Source of the DNA: Octopus sinensis
Taxonomy: Eukaryota
Assembly: GCF_006345805.1 (NCBI RefSeq)
Contig: NW_021836397.1
Coordinates: forward strand, 1 to 24,565
Direction of reading: 5' to 3'
DNA length: 24,565 nt
Part shown: one piece after another, positions 20,569 through 24,565 of the stretch
Numbering within the stretch: position 1 is the first letter of the stretch
Layout of the letters: every line of letters starts with the position of its first letter
The notes under the pieces: model-generated
Database searches by the model: none
The model's input: only the letters and a program-made list of their open reading frames with translations
Told to the model about the DNA's origin: nothing
Position numbers and translations under genes: made by a program

Positions 20569-21072
20569 TTAGGTTGTGGAAAATGTTCATGCGCCTTGTT
20601 ATAATAATGCTTTTTTATATATTTTTGTGGCGTGTGTGTTCAATGGTGACTCACTGTTGAAAAGTACCTAAGCCTTGTTCGCCGAAAATGCCGTTTCTTT
20701 CAACAAGAAAATGCAAAGCCACATACCACCAGAAAGACCAGCAACAAGATTGAAGAATTGGACGGCGTGGAAGTTCTGCTGCATCCAGTCTATAGTCCAG
20801 ACGTTGCTCCATCTGACTACGGTCTCTTCCGATTAATGCAACACTATATGAAAGGTCATCGATTTGAGCCATTCGATGAAGTCGAAGAATTTTTCGATTC
20901 AAAGCCGAAGGATTGATACTTTGACCAAATCCGAAAGCTTGCAGATCGTTGGCCGAAGGTCGCGCAAAATGATGGTCTTTATTTTGAAGAATAGCTGCTG
21001 TTATTTTTGGTTAAATTCTTGCATAAAAACCATTATTTTAACACGGCGTACGAATATTTTTCCTCATCCTAG
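20569..21072 (+). mobile_element. Internally deleted mariner-like element with both TIRs
   Basis: The left TIR TAGGTTGTGGAAAATGTTCATGCGCCTTGTT (after TA at 20567-68) matches the reverse complement of AACACGGCGTACGAATATTTTTCCTCATCCTA with 6 mismatches and 1 gap in 32. A C-terminal transposase frame runs 20659-20994: QQENAKPH..HPVYSPDVAPSDYGLF..RWPKVAQNDGLYFEE*, with an internal TGA at 20914-20916. Confidence 0.88.
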
Positions 21073-21126
21073 TTACCATACCTTTAATATTAATGACTTG
21101 TAAGGAAGCGCTATTTCGCAATGCAA

Positions 21127-21261
21127 CCATAATATAAAGTATTTTATTCGTTTTTATAAGCCAAAACCGTGTCCTACCGTGTTAGCAGTGCACACTGGTA
21201 TCACCGTAGGACACGGTAGTGATTTATAAAAACTTTTAATATACTTGATAGTATATAATGG
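21127..21261. repeat. Long imperfect inverted repeat (fold-back)
   Basis: The inner stem 21166-21181 pairs with 21202-21217 at 15/16 around a 20-nt loop. The outer arms pair imperfectly (TTTTTATAA/TTATAAAAA, AAGTAT/ATACTT, CCAT/ATGG). Confidence 0.8.
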
Positions 21262-21294
21262 AATCATAGCTTTGTCTTACGATTAGGGTAAACA

Positions 21295-21405
21295 ATAACC
21301 ATCAACAACCAAACAGCCGACAGCTTCACCATCTTACTACCACCACCACTGGCTCCTGAAACCTCTACCACGACACCATCTCCATTATGACATCACCACC
21401 ACCAA

Positions 21406-21452
<47 letters not shown>

Positions 21453-21800
21453 TCTGCAACCACACCAGCACTGCTACAATCACCAAAGACATAACCATTC
21501 TAGTACCACCACAACCACCACCACAGCCACTATAATCCCCACCATCACAACCACCACCACAACCACTACTATTCTTAGAAGTTCCTCAGCCTCCATCTCC
21601 ACCACCACCACCACCACCACCACCCATACACATTATACTATTAGCTTCTCCGCCGCCGCCACCATCCCCACTACTACCTCCAAAACCACCAACATCACCA
21701 CCGCCGCCGCCATCACCACCACCACCACCAACATCACCACCGCCGCCGCCATCACCACCACCACCTCCACCTCCACCACCACCACCACACCATCTCCCCC
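21295..21800. repeat. (CCA)n/(CTA)n low-complexity region
   Basis: CAC/CCA triplets, pure (CTA)n at about 21407-21452 and a 39-bp tandem duplication at 21691/21730. Confidence 0.9.
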
Positions 21801-22322
21801 CCTTTCCTCTAAGTTACCGTCTGCAGACTCATGCCAACCAGTGACACCGTAAGACGAGATGTAACTCGACTCCACCCCTCAAACCCCTAATAAAAAATAT
21901 ATCAAGTAAACAATAACATCTACAAAAAAAAGAAAACAAGCAATAAAAAACAAAGTATGTTATGGTGTTGGGGTGGCAGAGGTAAGGGATGGTAAGAGAT
22001 GGCTCCATAAAGATGCAGGGTAGGAGTAAGCAGAGACGTGGGTGAGATGTTAAGGGTGTGATGAGAGAGTGCTGGTTGGTGGTGGTGGGCGAGGTGGTGG
22101 AGGGTCTATGTAACGGGATGAGCAAGTGTGGGAGAACATTCTAACAAGTGGGTGTGTGTGGGGGAAACCCGAGTTGTTGGGTGGGTGTGGTGTGACGATG
22201 TACAGCGGGTAGACGTACGCGAGAAACGGGTAGATTAACACAAGTTCAAACAGACGTACACACACATACACACATGATTGTATGCACTCCTGTATAAGCG
22301 CATATGCATATATGTGTGTCTG

Positions 22323-22356
<34 letters not shown>

Positions 22357-22359
<3 letters not shown>

Positions 22360-22593
22360 CCTGATTCTTTACTACCCACAAGGGGCTAAACAAAGAGGGA
22401 ACAAACAAGGACAGACAAACGGATTAAGTCGATTATATCAACCCCAATGCGTAACTGGTACATAATTTATCGACCCCGAAAGGATGAAAGGCAAAGTCGA
22501 CCTCGGCGGAATTTGAACTCAGAACGTAGTGGCAGACGAAATACCGCTAAGCATTTTGCCCGGCGTGCTAACGTTTCTGCCAGCTCGCCGCCT
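22357..22593 (-). mobile_element. SINE family A, dimer-type, truncated at the end of the linker
   Basis: Closely matches 8040-8272 (head, core, linker) and abuts a (GT)n run. Confidence 0.88.
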
Positions 22594-22719
22594 GTGTGTG
22601 TATACCACCAACACTATCATACCCCTTCTCTTTCCGTGCCTTGCTGCGTTTCTATCTTTCTTTTTCTGAGAAAGGTTAAGGCAGTCCCTTGCGAATCCTC
22701 AAATTTAAGACTTAGACTA

Positions 22720-23121
22720 TTTATTCTTTTATCTCTTTTAGTTGTTTCAGTCATTTCAGTCATTTGACTGCGGCCATGCTGGAGCACCGCCTTTAGTCGA
22801 GCAGATCTCTTATTCTTTGTAAGCCTAGTACTTATTCTATCGGTCTCTTTTGCCGAACCACTAAGTTACGAGGACGTAAACACACCAGCATCGGTTGTCA
22901 AGCGATGGTGTGGGGACAAACACAGACACAATCAAACACTTATATACATATATATATATGACAAGCTTCTTTCAGTTTCCGTCTACCAAATCCACTCACA
23001 AGGCTTTGGTCGGCCCGAGGCTATAGTAGAAGACACTTGCCCAAGGTGTCACGCAGTGGGACTGAACCAGGAACCATGTGGTTGGTAAGCAAACTACTTA
23101 CCACAGAGCCACTCCTACGCT
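22720..23121 (-). mobile_element. SINE family B, full-length
   Basis: The head has TGGCTCTGTGG (A-box-like) and GGTTCAGTCCC (B-box-like), followed by an internal (TA)n, GGCGGTGCTCCAGCATGGCCGCAGTCAAATGACTGAAA and an AAAAGAATAA-type tail. Confidence 0.88.
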
Positions 23122-23167
23122 TACATATGCTTCGAAGGTATATGTGATCCATTCAAAATGAAAACTT

Positions 23168-23281
23168 TTGCATAATTTTACCATACATCTTGTTATTTAT
23201 AACCGACTTGTTTTACGACAAATGATTTCACAAGATAAGGTAGTTGTAACTGACGACAAAATGTATGGCAAAATTACGTAA
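23168..23281. repeat. Imperfect inverted repeat (MITE-like fold-back)
   Basis: 23173-23193 matches the reverse complement of 23256-23276 at 19/21 nt. Confidence 0.7.
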
Positions 23282-23744
23282 CATGTTTAATATTACGTAA
23301 CACAGATCCCGTGCATTGTTGAAACATATGAGGTACGGAACTACGTCTTCCTTTCCCTCCTTTAACTTATTTCCCCTTCATTCAAATTTATAATGTTGAT
23401 ATGGGACGAAGCGTATTTGAAACATAGATTAATAAACTATATTTATCGATTAGCAAACATCACTCATTCTCTACACAAACCTGCATATGCTAGAAGTTAA
23501 CAAACACTTCTACGGCAACTGATCGATACCCACAAGTTTATTATATGTGTGCGTTTGTGTGTATGTATGTGTGGGGAAATTCTAGGTATACATGTACACC
23601 CGCTCCACTGCTCAAATCCACATATACCCATATTAGAATAATTAATAAGTAGATGTCCTTATGACAATGTGTACTTATACATCACAAATGCACTGAAACA
23701 TGTTCAAGCTATACATAATTACTTATAATATTTGCTGGCAGAAA

Positions 23745-23988
23745 GGCGGCAGTGAGCTGGCAGAGTCGTTAGCACGCCGGGCGAAATGCTTGGCGGTATT
23801 TCGTCTGCCGCTACGTTCTGAGTTCAAATTCCGCCGAGGTCGACTTTGTCTTTCATTCTTTCGGGTTCGATTAAATATGTACCAGATACGCCCTGGAGTC
23901 GATATAATCGACTTAATCCGTTTGTCTGTCCTTGTTGTTCCTCTCTGTGTTTAGTCCCTTGTGGGTAGTAAAGAAATAGGTATTTCGT
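23745..23988 (+). mobile_element. SINE family A, dimer-type, truncated at the start of the second core
   Basis: Head, core and linker ending AAAGAAATAGGTATTTCGT, which is the same junction seen in 7867-8272. Confidence 0.88.
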
Positions 23989-24095
23989 TTAAAAGTCATC
24001 TCTGGATAATCGTTGAGAGGACGTTGGTGTTGCCTTGGCGGAGGTTTGCGCTCTTTAAGTGCTCTTGTAATTATTATTGCTACTATTATCATTTA

Positions 24096-24305
24096 GGCGA
24101 TGAGCTGGCAGAATAATTAGCACGCCGGGCAAAATACTTAGCGGCATTTCATCAGTCTTGACTTCTGAGTTCAAATTTCGCCGGGGCTGACTTTGCCTTT
24201 CATCCTTTCGGATCAATAAAATAAGTACCAGTTGAGTACTTGGGTCGATGTAATCAATTATTCCCCTCTAACTAAATTTCAGGCCTTGTGCCTGTAGCAG
24301 AAAGG

Positions 24306-24339
<34 letters not shown>
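24096..24339 (+). mobile_element. SINE family A, monomer with (ATT)n tail
   Basis: GGCGATGAGCTGGCAGAA..GAGTTCAAATTT..CAGGCCTTGTGCCTGTAGCAGAAAGG(ATT)n. Confidence 0.88.
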
Positions 24340-24564
24340 GCTGGTAGAATCACTTTGGATTCTGGCAGAATCGTTAGCACTTTGAGGGAAATGCTTAGTG
24401 GCATTTCGTCCGCCTTAACGTTCAAATGACGCCAAAGTCGACTTTGCCTTTCATCCATCAAGATCAATAAAATAAGTACCACTGGGGTCGACTTTAATCG
24501 ATTACCCCCCTCTTCCAAAATTTCAGGCCTTGTGCCTACATTAGAACGAATTATTATTATTATT
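24340..24564 (+). mobile_element. SINE family A, second tandem monomer with (ATT)n tail
   Basis: CTGGCAGAATCGTTAGCAC..GTCGACTTTGCCTTTCATCC..CAGGCCTTGTGCCTACATTAGAACGA(ATT)n, with a short duplicated head at 24340-24352. Confidence 0.85.
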
Positions 24565-24565
24565 C

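Noticed and set aside
23248-23275. CTGACGA as another hammerhead core
   Set aside because: No stem II or downstream GAAA follows. It lies within the arm of the inverted repeat.
7867-24564. CRISPR-like array from recurring GTCGAT..ATCGAC palindromes
   Set aside because: The repeats are dispersed SINE modules in both orientations with no regular spacer periodicity, there are no cas genes, and the context is eukaryotic.

Overview
Eukaryotic, repeat-dense DNA with no intact protein-coding gene. Almost all ORFs in the supplied track are translations of microsatellites or low-complexity tracts. The SINE families and microsatellite load look like octopus/coleoid cephalopod DNA (inferred from recall, not verified). 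Recognisable content: (i) a decayed Ty3/gypsy LTR retrotransposon on the minus strand (2717-6065) with a candidate 5' LTR, a tRNA-Ser-type PBS, and gag/CCHC, protease, RT (YLDD), partly deleted RNase H and integrase; (ii) two mariner relics (a DD34D transposase pseudogene at about 8533-9502, and an internally deleted TIR-bounded copy at 20569-21072); (iii) about 14 copies or fragments of three tRNA-headed SINE-like families, one occurring as both monomer and TSD-flanked dimer; (iv) many micro- and minisatellites. The most interesting signal is a set of hammerhead-ribozyme-like cores of the minimal Penelope-associated type. One is nearly complete (15496-15531, minus). Two are homologous, reciprocally degenerate copies: one is fused to the broken 3' end of the gypsy integrase (2642-2676), the other lies inside a TG...CA-bounded 240-bp unit (20318-20352). 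A fourth is weak (324-358). Two isolated fold-back hairpins, a motif-rich regulatory-like island and two weak candidate exons are also noted. All alignments and folds were done by eye.
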